Below are positions 10,208 through 20,177 of a stretch of DNA of 61,733 bases, piece after piece. Source of the stretch: a bacterium (GTDB lineage Bacteria > Bacteroidota > Ignavibacteria > UBA10030); the NCBI GenBank assembly GCA_043803945.1, contig JAZDJN010000003.1, forward strand, positions 1 to 61,733, written 5' to 3'. The position numbers and the translations under genes were made by a program. How positions within the stretch are numbered: position 1 is the stretch's first letter; each line of letters begins with the position of its first letter. Below the pieces are notes generated by a model. It made no database searches and was not told the DNA's origin. It saw nothing but the letters and a program-made list of their open reading frames with translations.

Positions 10208-12856
10208 ATGTCTGAACAATCATCACTTGCAATGGTGGATCGATTGATCTCTAGAATTCTCGCCCTTCTCCTCGGCGTTTCATTTTCCCTTCTTGCTCAG
10301 CAGTCAGGGATCTCAATTCGCGGTACAGTGAAAACACAAAATGGCGAGACATTGCCCGGTGCGTATGTCGTGGTTGTAGGGACACAGCGCGGGACGGCCT
10401 GTGATATTGAAGGACGTTTCGTTCTTCAGAATCTGGCACCAGGAACGTACACCCTGCAATTTTCCTATATGGGATGTAAAGGTGTGAAACTGCCGGTCAC
10501 CGTTCGCGCCGGTGCAACCGTAGAATGTCATGCCACTCTTGAAGAGGACTGTTTTAAAATCGGTGAGATTGTTGTGATCGGTACGCGGGAATTGCTTCCT
10601 TCTGATCCGATTACCAAGACTCAAATTTCCTCTGCAGAAATTGAACACATGCAAGCCACAAGCATCGGTGATGTTTTAGACCTCGTTCCCGGAGTTCAAA
10701 AAACCTCCAACCCCGGTTTAAGTAAAACAAGTCAGGTGGCAATTCGCGGAATGGAATCCGACAATCTCTCCGCGTTTGGCACGCTCGTTCTGCTTGATGG
10801 TATCCCGATGTCGAATAACGCGAATCTTCAATTTGAGCGGCTTTCCGGAGCGACAGCCGGTTCATCAAACATGGGTGGCGGCGCAGATCTTCGCCTCATT
10901 CCTGCTGATAACATTGAGAATATTGAAATCACCCGGGGTATTCCTTCAGTACGGTATGGAGATGTTACTGCGGGTGTCATTAATATTAGGACCAAGATTG
11001 GTCCGCAGCCACACCGGCTCAAGATCAAGAACAATCCGGATACCAGGGAAGGGAATCTTGGGGGAGGAATGGTATGGGAGGGAACAGGCGTTACGTACAA
11101 TTTGAATCTTGCCCAGAGCGAACGAGATATTCGTAAAACAGGTGATGAGTATTCCCGACTCACCGCCCAGGTTGTTACCACAAATACATTTCTCGAGAAT
11201 TCACTTACCCTGAATAATAAATTTTATGCACAGAAGGTTTTTGATGAAGAGCAGCCGAAAGGAGATGTCCTTCAGACGAAGAACTTTAATCGCGGATTTA
11301 ATCTCACCTATGGGCTCTGGGGAAAATATGAAGACACTGAGGTTTCCCGTATCGATTTCAGTACATTCCTGACGTATCGCAGGGAAAATAGTATGAAGTC
11401 GAGAATTGTCCAGTCGGATCTTCGCATCCTGCCGAATGGAGATACAGTATCAATTTACTTAGGCAAGGTTGAGACGAGAGGTCATGAGTGGAATACGGGA
11501 GGCCGCCTGGAATATAACAGGACGATAATCACGGGCGCATTTGTCCATAAATTTCTTTTAGGGACTGATTTGCAGTATAATGCAAACACAGGTGAAGGAA
11601 TTCTCGTTGATTCGCTTTATAATTACTACGGCTCGCAGTCGGGAAAACGCTCGTATAGTTTTGATGATATTCCTGATCAGCTCCTCGCCAACCTCTATGT
11701 GGAAGATCAAATCAGTGGTTTGATAGGCTGGGATTTCACTCTGACACTCGGTGCACGCTATGAAATGTACCGGCCGTTCAAGTTCAATCTCAAAGGGCTC
11801 TGGGCCAATGGTGACCTCTTCCAATCTCATCAAGGGAGCTTCTTTAATCCACGAATGAACCTCGTTCTCTATCTATCAAAAGATAACCAGCTTCGAATCA
11901 GTGGGGGGTACACCTCCAAATCTCCTCCGATGAGCAACATCTATCCTCCCCCCGAAGTATTCAATTGGAGGGATCCTGTTTCCAAAAAAACAATCCAGCT
12001 TGGATATGATCGCTGTGCTGCGGACCTGAAAGGTTATCGTGAGGGGCAAGTAGAACTCTCGTACGATCAACGTTTCATAGATCTCATTGGAATTTCAGCC
12101 TCAGGTTACTATAAGAAGCGAAGCAATGAACCGGAGAGCCAGACTATTCCGGTATTTATTTCCTCGACAGTGAACAATCGACCGACTATTTATTATGTCG
12201 ATGAGTACTCCATTTCTCAAAACCTCGGATGGACTGAGAGTAAAGGGATTGAATTCTCATTGAAGTCGAACAAGATCGATGCCCTGAATATGGAATTTCA
12301 ACTTACTGCATCCTACAATTTCTTTAAACGAAGTCGATCTGGATTTGACTATAATGCTTATCCTGATACTTCCCTGGGTTACTATCCTAACTATGTCGTA
12401 CCAGGTGTTCCGACTGATACGACGATTGGAAGAATAACTTCCCCGACCGGGAGATGGGATGATAAAATCTTGTTGAACTATTTTATTCGCTATACCGTAC
12501 CAAAGCTAGGATTGTGGGTGACTCTTCGTGCCGAACAGAATCTCCAACAGCGTTATCAAAACTTCAGCCTGATTCCTATCGATTATGCACGTCTTACAGA
12601 AACAGAGTTACGAGATCGCCTGTGGGAAGAATCGATGAAGGTGACACCTCCAAAATGGCTCTTCAACATTAACATTAGTAAGTCGCTTTATCGCGGTGCT
12701 GAAGTATCAATCTTTGTTAATAATGTTTTGGATAATTCGGCAGTGCATCGGCGTCAAAGAACCGGTGATCCCACCGATCTCGTTGAGGATATCCGGAATC
12801 CTGAACTTTTCTATGGAATTGAGTTTAGTATGTCGTTCAGTGAATTATTTAAATAG
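10208..12856 (+). CDS. TonB-dependent receptor with N-terminal carboxypeptidase-regulatory-like domain
   Basis: GTV...GETLPGA.V.V.GT..GT..D.EG.F N-domain; plug LDGIPMSNNAN...DLR.IPADNIENIEITRGIPSVRYGD.TAGVI; barrel ending FYGIEFSM. Confidence 0.9.
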   Translation: MSEQSSLAMVDRLISRILALLLGVSFSLLAQQSGISIRGTVKTQNGETLPGAYVVVVGTQRGTACDIEGRFVLQNLAPGTYTLQFSYMGCKGVKLPVTVRAGATVECHATLEEDCFKIGEIVVIGTRELLPSDPITKTQISSAEIEHMQATSIGDVLDLVPGVQKTSNPGLSKTSQVAIRGMESDNLSAFGTLVLLDGIPMSNNANLQFERLSGATAGSSNMGGGADLRLIPADNIENIEITRGIPSVRYGDVTAGVINIRTKIGPQPHRLKIKNNPDTREGNLGGGMVWEGTGVTYNLNLAQSERDIRKTGDEYSRLTAQVVTTNTFLENSLTLNNKFYAQKVFDEEQPKGDVLQTKNFNRGFNLTYGLWGKYEDTEVSRIDFSTFLTYRRENSMKSRIVQSDLRILPNGDTVSIYLGKVETRGHEWNTGGRLEYNRTIITGAFVHKFLLGTDLQYNANTGEGILVDSLYNYYGSQSGKRSYSFDDIPDQLLANLYVEDQISGLIGWDFTLTLGARYEMYRPFKFNLKGLWANGDLFQSHQGSFFNPRMNLVLYLSKDNQLRISGGYTSKSPPMSNIYPPPEVFNWRDPVSKKTIQLGYDRCAADLKGYREGQVELSYDQRFIDLIGISASGYYKKRSNEPESQTIPVFISSTVNNRPTIYYVDEYSISQNLGWTESKGIEFSLKSNKIDALNMEFQLTASYNFFKRSRSGFDYNAYPDTSLGYYPNYVVPGVPTDTTIGRITSPTGRWDDKILLNYFIRYTVPKLGLWVTLRAEQNLQQRYQNFSLIPIDYARLTETELRDRLWEESMKVTPPKWLFNINISKSLYRGAEVSIFVNNVLDNSAVHRRQRTGDPTDLVEDIRNPELFYGIEFSMSFSELFK

Positions 12857-12914
12857 CGGGAAGTGAGACCCTTGGGACGGATACTCTTTCAAAATAGCGT
12901 TATTACATTTTTAG

Positions 12915-12989
12915 AACCCCCTCTTCATCTCCCCCTAAGAGGGGGAGTGAATTTCATACCTTTCCCTGTTAGGGGAAGGCTGGGATGGA
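12915..12989. repeat. REP/MITE-like double-hairpin intergenic element
   Basis: Hairpins CTCCCCCT-aag-AGGGGGAG (12929-12947) and CCTTTCCCT-gtt-AGGGGAAGG (12959-12979). Confidence 0.6.
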
Positions 12990-13019
12990 CTTCGCATCAA
13001 TTTCTTCGCTCATAGCAAA

Positions 13020-14135
13020 ATGCAATCCTTCATGATACAAACATTACAATTATTAGCTTTTTGTCTTTCAATCGGTTTCATCGGATGCATGAAGAATCCG
13101 CCAACTGCCGCCGATGGTTCGGCGACCCTTGTCATTCTCACCCGATGGGATACAACGGCTGGATTGGCCAAGCCGGTATATATGCCGATGCCGAATGCCA
13201 AGATAACGCTAGGCTCGGAATACGGCATTAGTATGCGTCAGGCTGATGGCTTCGGAACGCTCATCGTGTCTGCTCTTCCAACCTCAATCTATTCGATCAC
13301 CGTACGTGCTCCCCATCCCGTCGATCCTAATATTATTATCGTCGGTTCGATATCCGGACTCATGGTGGGCGCACAAGCGACCATTGTCGATACAATTTTT
13401 GGTTCTCCCATTTCCAGCTCGGGTATTTCCATCAACGAGATCTATGCCGTAGGACCCGTTAATAACTTCTTCTATTTCTTTGACCAGTTTATCGAACTCT
13501 ATAATGCGTCCGATGAAGTGAAGTACGTCGATGGCATGATAATCATGCGCGTCTCGGGGAATAACGAAGGACTGGGCCCCGGAGCCGACGAGGGGAATGA
13601 CGGCGATATCGATGGAGTGACGTATGCATTCAAATTCCCGGGAAGTCCGGGTGAGAAGAATCATCCATTCTATCCGAAACAATTTCTTGTCCTTGCTGTC
13701 GATGCGGTGGATCATCGCAAATCGATCTCGACAAGCTATGATCTCTCGAACGCCAACTGGGAATTTTATAATCAGTTTTCTGCTGAAGATATCGACAATC
13801 CAAGCGTCTCAAATCTGATTAATATCCGATCGGATCGGACTGTAGATTTTCTTTACGGACTGACAGGGGATGTCATAGTTCTGGCATCCGGAAAGGATTC
13901 TTCATGGGTCGATGGCATCGACATCTCTACAGTTGTCGATGCTGTGGAATACCAATCCAGCCCGCATCCAACGAATAAAAAGACGCTCGATTCACGTATC
14001 GATCGGAGTTATGTGCTCAGTCCGCCACGCTACAGCGGTCAATCCATGCAGAGACGAGAGCCCGGATTGGATACTAATGATGGACTTGTCGATTTTGAAA
14101 TCATTCCTCGAGCAACACCGGGGAAACAGAAATGA
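13020..14135 (+). CDS. DUF4876-like lipoprotein (Ig-like plus lamin-tail-like domain)
   Basis: Lipobox FIGC; INEIYAVG...DQFIELYNASD...Y.DG, FPG, A.DA.DH, DLS.A.WEF, DNP.V.NL, DAVEY, DTND...DF; directly downstream of a TonB receptor. Confidence 0.75.
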   Translation: MQSFMIQTLQLLAFCLSIGFIGCMKNPPTAADGSATLVILTRWDTTAGLAKPVYMPMPNAKITLGSEYGISMRQADGFGTLIVSALPTSIYSITVRAPHPVDPNIIIVGSISGLMVGAQATIVDTIFGSPISSSGISINEIYAVGPVNNFFYFFDQFIELYNASDEVKYVDGMIIMRVSGNNEGLGPGADEGNDGDIDGVTYAFKFPGSPGEKNHPFYPKQFLVLAVDAVDHRKSISTSYDLSNANWEFYNQFSAEDIDNPSVSNLINIRSDRTVDFLYGLTGDVIVLASGKDSSWVDGIDISTVVDAVEYQSSPHPTNKKTLDSRIDRSYVLSPPRYSGQSMQRREPGLDTNDGLVDFEIIPRATPGKQK

Positions 14136-15619
14136 GAATTGAACAATTCAGAAAACCGACACGAAGCATTTTAGCTCAAACCGTCCTGTTCGGCCTTCTC
14201 ATTTTTTTGCAGATCTGCCAGGCGTCAGAGACAAGAGTTCGTTCGATGGGAGCATTCAAATTTTCACTTCGTGATCCGGACCGGGGATTCAACCTCTATG
14301 ATTTCGGTAAGAATCCTGCATGGTTGTATCAGGATGAGCAAGTAAGTTGGCTGAGAATCAGTCCGGCGTTCACGACTCAATCCGGCGACTATCACCGCCT
14401 CTTTGATCCTGGCGATGTCGATCGTTACTCTGCTGCATTCGATGGCGTCAAGGTGCAGGGTGAAAAGGGGACATTTCGCGGATATACAAGTTACGATGTT
14501 GAATACAGGAACAATGTCTATCGATCGTTGGAGAGCGATCCATATTTCGGCGATGCATTTTTCTTCTGCGATACAACAACAGGGAACTTCCGATACAATG
14601 GTCCAAAAGTGGGATTCCAGTACAGTCTTGAACTGTTCCCCTCTTTTTACGCCGGTGCAGGGCTAACCTATCAAATTCTCGATGGATTGAAAAGCATCTA
14701 TACAAGACCAAAAACTTTATATCGCGGTGTGGAAGGCACCGTTGGTATTGCTTACCAGGTGGATGAAAACCTTGCACTTGGTCTCTCTATTACACCATCG
14801 GACATTCAAGAGCGAATCGAATCACAAAGTGAAGACCTGCTTGATGTCGAAACCTATAAATTTCGCGGCGAGAAGTACTCAACTCGTTATCGCGGATCAA
14901 CGAGCAGCTATAAGATTCATCATGAGGGATTTGATGTCTCTTCACAACTGCAATGGGCATTGGAGATGAAGGCGGAACTTGCAGCTCGAGCGGGGTATAA
15001 CTTCAATCAGACTACTATCCTCGTTCCACAGGGCTTATTGAAGGAAGTTGAAGAAGGCTATGCCCCGAAAGGATTCTGGTATGCCGAAATTATTTCTCAC
15101 TATCCTGCCTCGGAAGAGATCGATCTGAGTGCCTCAGTCTCGTACAATTCGATAAAGAGCTGGTCGAAAAATTCTGTGTACGATCTTCGGTTATGGGAGT
15201 GGGATGCACAGGAATTGAGTCTGGGAATGGGTGCTTCTTACAGGCTTTCTCCAAAAACACTTTTTGCTTTGGAATATGAATTCGGTTCCTGGAGCGCCGA
15301 CTCTTCGAAATATATCGATGCACGATTCAGTTCCTGGAACATGAAATGCCACACATTACGAACCGGCGGCGAAGCGGAACTGCTTCCGAAAATCCAGGTA
15401 CGGCTTGGTTGTCAGTTACAAATGGCGGATAAAGATTTGATCTTTGGTAAGGATGAATTTTTTGGTTATCGTGTTTCGGCAGGATTGGGTATTGGTGTGA
15501 TTCAGGATGTTACAATTGATGTTCTCGTTGAATATGGAAAAGTCGCACCGGGGAGATCCTCGCTTCTAGGGCGATCGTCATTTGATGCAGCCATTTTGGT
15601 TACGCTTTTATCATTTTAA
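14132..15619 (+). CDS. Outer-membrane beta-barrel protein (DUF6850-like)
   Basis: Signal peptide, NPAWL motif, alternating aromatic strands, terminal Phe; ATGA overlap with the upstream gene. Confidence 0.6.
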   Translation: MRIEQFRKPTRSILAQTVLFGLLIFLQICQASETRVRSMGAFKFSLRDPDRGFNLYDFGKNPAWLYQDEQVSWLRISPAFTTQSGDYHRLFDPGDVDRYSAAFDGVKVQGEKGTFRGYTSYDVEYRNNVYRSLESDPYFGDAFFFCDTTTGNFRYNGPKVGFQYSLELFPSFYAGAGLTYQILDGLKSIYTRPKTLYRGVEGTVGIAYQVDENLALGLSITPSDIQERIESQSEDLLDVETYKFRGEKYSTRYRGSTSSYKIHHEGFDVSSQLQWALEMKAELAARAGYNFNQTTILVPQGLLKEVEEGYAPKGFWYAEIISHYPASEEIDLSASVSYNSIKSWSKNSVYDLRLWEWDAQELSLGMGASYRLSPKTLFALEYEFGSWSADSSKYIDARFSSWNMKCHTLRTGGEAELLPKIQVRLGCQLQMADKDLIFGKDEFFGYRVSAGLGIGVIQDVTIDVLVEYGKVAPGRSSLLGRSSFDAAILVTLLSF

Positions 15620-15666
15620 AAAGTCTACTATCCATCACCACACACAGTGCAAAGGAGAACCAAACC

Positions 15667-17892
15667 ATGAAACTTGTTCGAATCTCTGTGCTTGTCATCA
15701 TCGTAATGACAATCCTTGCAGGAGTCACCATCGCTCAGTCGTGGAAACAGGTCGTAACGCAGTCCTATTCGGGATTCAACGATGTCTTCTTTATCAATGC
15801 AACGACAGGATGGATTGTCGGTTCCGCCGGAGCGATTTATAAAAGCAACGACGGTGGATTAACCTGGTTGGCACAGACCAGCAATACAACAAACTCGCTC
15901 TTCTGTGTTTTCTTCTACGATGCGAATCGAGGTATCATTGGCGGAGACAAGCGTACGATGCTGACAACATCCAATGGTGGTACTACCTGGAAGCTCGATT
16001 CAATGACCGCTCTTCCGGATTCTCGCGCGATCGTCAAGACATTCTACTTTGCAGATACACTGCGAGGTTGGGCGATGAGTTACTATAGCACGACGCTGGG
16101 ATATGTACTCCATACGAGCGATGGTGCCAAAACATGGACTGTCGATCTCACAACGGCTATCAATTTTAATGACATGAGTTTCTTTGAAGCAAACAAGGGA
16201 ATCGTTGTCGGCAAAGATATTAAAACCATCTATTATACCACAGATGGAGTAAAATGGAACCGGACGGACACGACAACAGCGTTGGGCGGATTTAACTATA
16301 CCCGCTCAGATATTCGCGCCGTTTATATGACCAATGCAACTACAGCGTATGCGACCGGATGGGGAAGCTCAGCCGCCGGTTTACAGCCGAGCATTCAACT
16401 GAAAACCACCGATGGAGGTGCAAAGTGGACGTACCTCACACAACTGGAAGCAGACCGAACGTATGAGAATCTCTATTCTATGTGGTTCAAGGACAGCCAG
16501 AATGGATTCGCCGTTGGCGGAGGAACGAAGAACTCAGTGATTATCCAGACAACCGATGGGGGTACGCGCTGGCAGCCAGTGAGTGCTCCGTTTGGTCCAA
16601 CCTTAAATAGTGTATTCGGAGTTGGCGACAAAGTATGGGCTGTGGGGAGCAGTGGATTTATCGGATATACTGCAGGTGCCGGGCAACCCTGGAAGATGAT
16701 AACACCCGTGCCGAGCGGAAATCTCAGTGCTATGCAATTCACCTCTGCCAACATTGGATATGCTGCCGGATTTGAAGGAATATTTCTCAAGACAACCGAC
16801 AAAGGAGCCACCTGGAAGGGATCCTATATTGAAGGGAATAAACTTGTCCTCAATGCCCAGGATATTTCCTTCATTAACGATAATGTCGGATATGCCGCAC
16901 ATAGCTATCGCATGCTCACAAAAACCACGGATGGTGGAGCGACCTGGAAAGCAGTGATTAACGACACGCTCTCCGCCTCCGCCTACTGCTATGGTGTTGC
17001 ATTCATCGATCAAAATATCGGCTGTGCTGTCGGTGCGCTTTCTTCTTCGATAGATGTCATTTACAGGACAACCGATGGCGGAGTTACGTGGAGCGAGCAA
17101 CGAGGTAAAGTGGCAAAAGCACTGCGGGGAGTTGCCTTTGCGAACGCAACAGTTGGTGCTGCGGTTGGTGATGCTCTTACGGGAGTATATACGACAGATG
17201 GCGGTGTCACATGGACAGCGTCGAAATATAACAACGTGCCAACTTCTCTTCCCACTTCTTCAACGGGCATGAGAAAACTGGTGTTCACAAGTGCCTCAAC
17301 AGGATTTGCCGTTGGCAATAAAATAATTGTGAAGACAACGGATGGCGGAGCGAACTGGAATTATCTCAATGTTCCATCCGCAATCCAGTTAAATTCAGTT
17401 GCATTTAAAGATGCGAATACCGGTTGGGCTGTCGGTTCTGGTGAGGTATGGCAAACAACAGATGGCGGTTCAAGTTGGAAAAATGTTATTGATACTGCAG
17501 TGGTGAAGGGCACCCTCTATTCTGTGGCTGTCGATAAAGCAGGAACTCCATGGATTGGTGCAGCAAGCAGCACAATTTATACCGCCGGTGCAGCCGTAGG
17601 AGTGGAGCCTGTCTCTGCATCTCTCCCGGTTGCTTTTACCTTGCATCAGAACTACCCGAATCCATTCAATCCATCGACAACCATACGGTTTGATGTACCG
17701 GTATCGGGTGATGTGAGGTTGACAGTCTATGATTTGTTAGGGCGTTATATTGCAACATTGCTGGATTCTCGAATTGCAGCCGGTAGTTATCAGGTGATGT
17801 TCCATGCTGCAGGAATTCCGAGTGGTGTCTATCTCTATTCCATAGAAATGGGAGGAAAAACATTCTCACGAACAATGACAGTGATCAAGTAA
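15667..17892 (+). CDS. YCF48-like/BNR (Asp-box) beta-propeller protein with T9SS type A C-terminal sorting domain
   Basis: About 13 (T/S)xDGGxTW repeats; C-terminal LHQNYPNPFNPSTTI...VYDLLGR...SGVYLY; SD AAGGAG. Confidence 0.88.
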   Translation: MKLVRISVLVIIVMTILAGVTIAQSWKQVVTQSYSGFNDVFFINATTGWIVGSAGAIYKSNDGGLTWLAQTSNTTNSLFCVFFYDANRGIIGGDKRTMLTTSNGGTTWKLDSMTALPDSRAIVKTFYFADTLRGWAMSYYSTTLGYVLHTSDGAKTWTVDLTTAINFNDMSFFEANKGIVVGKDIKTIYYTTDGVKWNRTDTTTALGGFNYTRSDIRAVYMTNATTAYATGWGSSAAGLQPSIQLKTTDGGAKWTYLTQLEADRTYENLYSMWFKDSQNGFAVGGGTKNSVIIQTTDGGTRWQPVSAPFGPTLNSVFGVGDKVWAVGSSGFIGYTAGAGQPWKMITPVPSGNLSAMQFTSANIGYAAGFEGIFLKTTDKGATWKGSYIEGNKLVLNAQDISFINDNVGYAAHSYRMLTKTTDGGATWKAVINDTLSASAYCYGVAFIDQNIGCAVGALSSSIDVIYRTTDGGVTWSEQRGKVAKALRGVAFANATVGAAVGDALTGVYTTDGGVTWTASKYNNVPTSLPTSSTGMRKLVFTSASTGFAVGNKIIVKTTDGGANWNYLNVPSAIQLNSVAFKDANTGWAVGSGEVWQTTDGGSSWKNVIDTAVVKGTLYSVAVDKAGTPWIGAASSTIYTAGAAVGVEPVSASLPVAFTLHQNYPNPFNPSTTIRFDVPVSGDVRLTVYDLLGRYIATLLDSRIAAGSYQVMFHAAGIPSGVYLYSIEMGGKTFSRTMTVIK

Positions 17893-17920
17893 TCGATCCC
17901 ATTCTAGAGAATTTGATTTG

Positions 17921-17987
17921 AAGGTGAAGGTTTCCATCTCGCGTCTCGTTGTGGCGAAGTTACCGGGCGCGGCCTTCACCTTTTTTT
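17921..17987 (+). terminator. Possible intrinsic terminator with a long loop
   Basis: AAGGTGAAGG (17921-17930) pairs with CCTTCACCTT, followed by a T-run; loop about 42 nt. Confidence 0.45.
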
Positions 17988-18063
17988 AAGAACACTGTAA
18001 TTACTCACGGACGTTACGCAGGAAGAAACATCTGTATGATTGAAGCGATTAATCTTGTTTTTG

Positions 18064-18148
18064 ACCTCCCCTTTTTCTCTTCCCTGCCTGCCCTCCGCGG
18101 CGGGCAAAGCGGCAGGCAGGCTTGCAAAGGAGGGGATATGGGGTGGTT
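18064..18148. repeat. Nested palindromic REP-like element
   Basis: Inner perfect 10-bp inverted repeat CCTGCCTGCC (18083-18092)/GGCAGGCAGG (18111-18120) inside an outer TCCCCTTTTT/AAGGAGGGGA stem. Confidence 0.6.
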
Positions 18149-18283
18149 TGGACTGCATCATTAAGCATCCTGAGTAAATACCTTTTGTTGATGATTTTCA
18201 GTGTGCCATCAGTGATAATAAAATGATTCACTACATTCTTAGCTGAGTAGAAACAGAACATCGAATTAGCTAAAGGAAGATCA

Positions 18284-20044
18284 ATGAAAACATTTTGCAA
18301 AACTGTAATTTATTTCTCTGTCCTTTCATTTGTTTTGAGCTTCGTTTCGGTTGCTCAGATTCCACCTGGATATGAAAACGGATTGAAAATCATCACGGCA
18401 AAAAAAATGGAATCGTATGTCCACTTTCTCGCCTCGGATAGTCTGAAGGGAAGAGCGACAGACATGCCTGAGCATCTCGTCGCTGCACGCTACATTGCCG
18501 CTATGTTTAGGGAAGCCGGATTGAAACCGCTTTTTGCTGAGCGACGCCGATCCGCTGCGGTCGATTCTGCAATCGATGAAGATTCTCCAAAACTTACCGA
18601 CGCGAATGACAGCTATTTCCAGAAGTTCAGTTTGAAGCGCTCCAAATTTGCAGAGAACAGAGTGCGGCTCAATCTTGATCTGGGCAAAGCAAAGATTTCA
18701 AACACCTATGCACCTGGTCAGGATTTTATCATCCAGGATAAATCAGGCAAGAGTGTATCCTTCACCGCTCCTATTGTTTGTGCGGGATATGGAGTAGAAA
18801 AAGGTGAAGCCGGTTACAATGACTATATCGCTGCAGATGGCAAAGAGATCGATGTAAGGAATAAGATTGTTCTTGTCATCGATGGGTTCCCTCGCGAATT
18901 GGATAGCACAAGCGTTTGGGTGAAGGCGCGCAATGCGGCCTATCGAAATCCGCTGCGGAAGGCAGAGGTCGCACAGGCAAAGGGAGCACTGGCCATGATT
19001 GTCGTCGGCTCGGTCCTCAAAAAAGAACCACCGATCGATATCAAGTATCAGACTCTTGCCACCTCCTTCAATCGCGATTTTGTATATCTCCCGGAGCGGC
19101 CATCGACCGACATACCAATTTTGTACATCAGCAAAAACGCGAAGGATGACCTCTATCAAAATTCTGGTATGACTCTCGATTCGCTGCAGGGGATCCTCGA
19201 ATCTTTCTTAAAAGGAATGGCATTCGAATTTCAAAATAAAACTCTTTCCGTTGAGATCAATTTCATAAGCCAGATGCTTCCAACGCAGAATGTTGTTGGA
19301 TGGATTGAGGGGACTGATCCCGTTCTGAAAAAGGAATTCCTCGTCTACGGTGCTCATTATGATCACGTTGGCTTAGGACACTATGGTTCACTGAATAAGA
19401 AATTCGAAGGACAGATCCATAATGGTGCCGATGATAATGCTTCGGGGACTGCCGGATTGATGGAAATTGCACGGGCGATGAAAGCCAATCCTCCGAAGCG
19501 AAGTGTTGTCTTTATCGCATTTACCGCTGAAGAACATGGTATGCTGGGTTCTCGTTACTATGTGAACGAACAACCCCTCAAACCGATAGAGGGTACAGTC
19601 GCAATGTTGAACCTCGACATGATCAGCCGAAATGAGGAACAGCTCTTGGCTATTGGGGGTGCATTTTATGGTGATGACATCAGGTTGATTGCTGAACGGG
19701 CAAATGCAGAGATAGGGTTCTCACTGCTCTACAATGTCGGCCTTTATACCAATGCCAGCGATCAGGCGCCGTTTCTGCGGAAGAAAATTCCTGCCGCCTT
19801 TTTCTTTGCCGGTGATCATGATGATTATCATACTCCTGCAGATGATGTTGAAAAATGTAATTTTACAAAAGCGGCAAAAGCAACGAAGCTGGCATACCTA
19901 TCAGGCTGGATTATTGCCAATGAGGAGAGGAAACCTGCGTTCCGTGATCTTCCGCTGGATGAACGGAAGAAGCTCATTGACCTGTCGCGTGAACGGACTG
20001 AGAAAGTGAAAGGCAAAAAGCCAGTCCCAAGCCCGAAGAAATAA
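18284..20044 (+). CDS. Exported M28-family metallo-aminopeptidase with PA domain
   Basis: GAHYDH, GADDNASG, TAEEHG, NLDMI, SDQ, DYHT zinc-ligand motifs; PA insert (AGYG...D.RNKIVL); signal peptide. Confidence 0.9.
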   Translation: MKTFCKTVIYFSVLSFVLSFVSVAQIPPGYENGLKIITAKKMESYVHFLASDSLKGRATDMPEHLVAARYIAAMFREAGLKPLFAERRRSAAVDSAIDEDSPKLTDANDSYFQKFSLKRSKFAENRVRLNLDLGKAKISNTYAPGQDFIIQDKSGKSVSFTAPIVCAGYGVEKGEAGYNDYIAADGKEIDVRNKIVLVIDGFPRELDSTSVWVKARNAAYRNPLRKAEVAQAKGALAMIVVGSVLKKEPPIDIKYQTLATSFNRDFVYLPERPSTDIPILYISKNAKDDLYQNSGMTLDSLQGILESFLKGMAFEFQNKTLSVEINFISQMLPTQNVVGWIEGTDPVLKKEFLVYGAHYDHVGLGHYGSLNKKFEGQIHNGADDNASGTAGLMEIARAMKANPPKRSVVFIAFTAEEHGMLGSRYYVNEQPLKPIEGTVAMLNLDMISRNEEQLLAIGGAFYGDDIRLIAERANAEIGFSLLYNVGLYTNASDQAPFLRKKIPAAFFFAGDHDDYHTPADDVEKCNFTKAAKATKLAYLSGWIIANEERKPAFRDLPLDERKKLIDLSRERTEKVKGKKPVPSPKK

Positions 20045-20123
20045 GACCACAGATTAACACTGATGACCACAGATTACCACTGATTGAAACTGATTAACAC
20101 GGATGGACATGATAAACACAGAT
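20045..20123. repeat. Degenerate tandem repeat, 8 units of ~10 bp (..CAC(A/T)GAT)
   Basis: gaccacagat taacactgat gaccacagat taccactgat tgaaactgat taacacggat ggacatgat aaacacagat. Confidence 0.75.
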
Positions 20124-20177
20124 AAATAATGAAACGCATGTGTTCACACTGGGTAGAATGAATTTGGAGAATGATGA

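Noticed and set aside
20045-20123. Possible CRISPR array
   Set aside because: Units are ~10 bp and contiguous, with no unique spacers and no cas genes.
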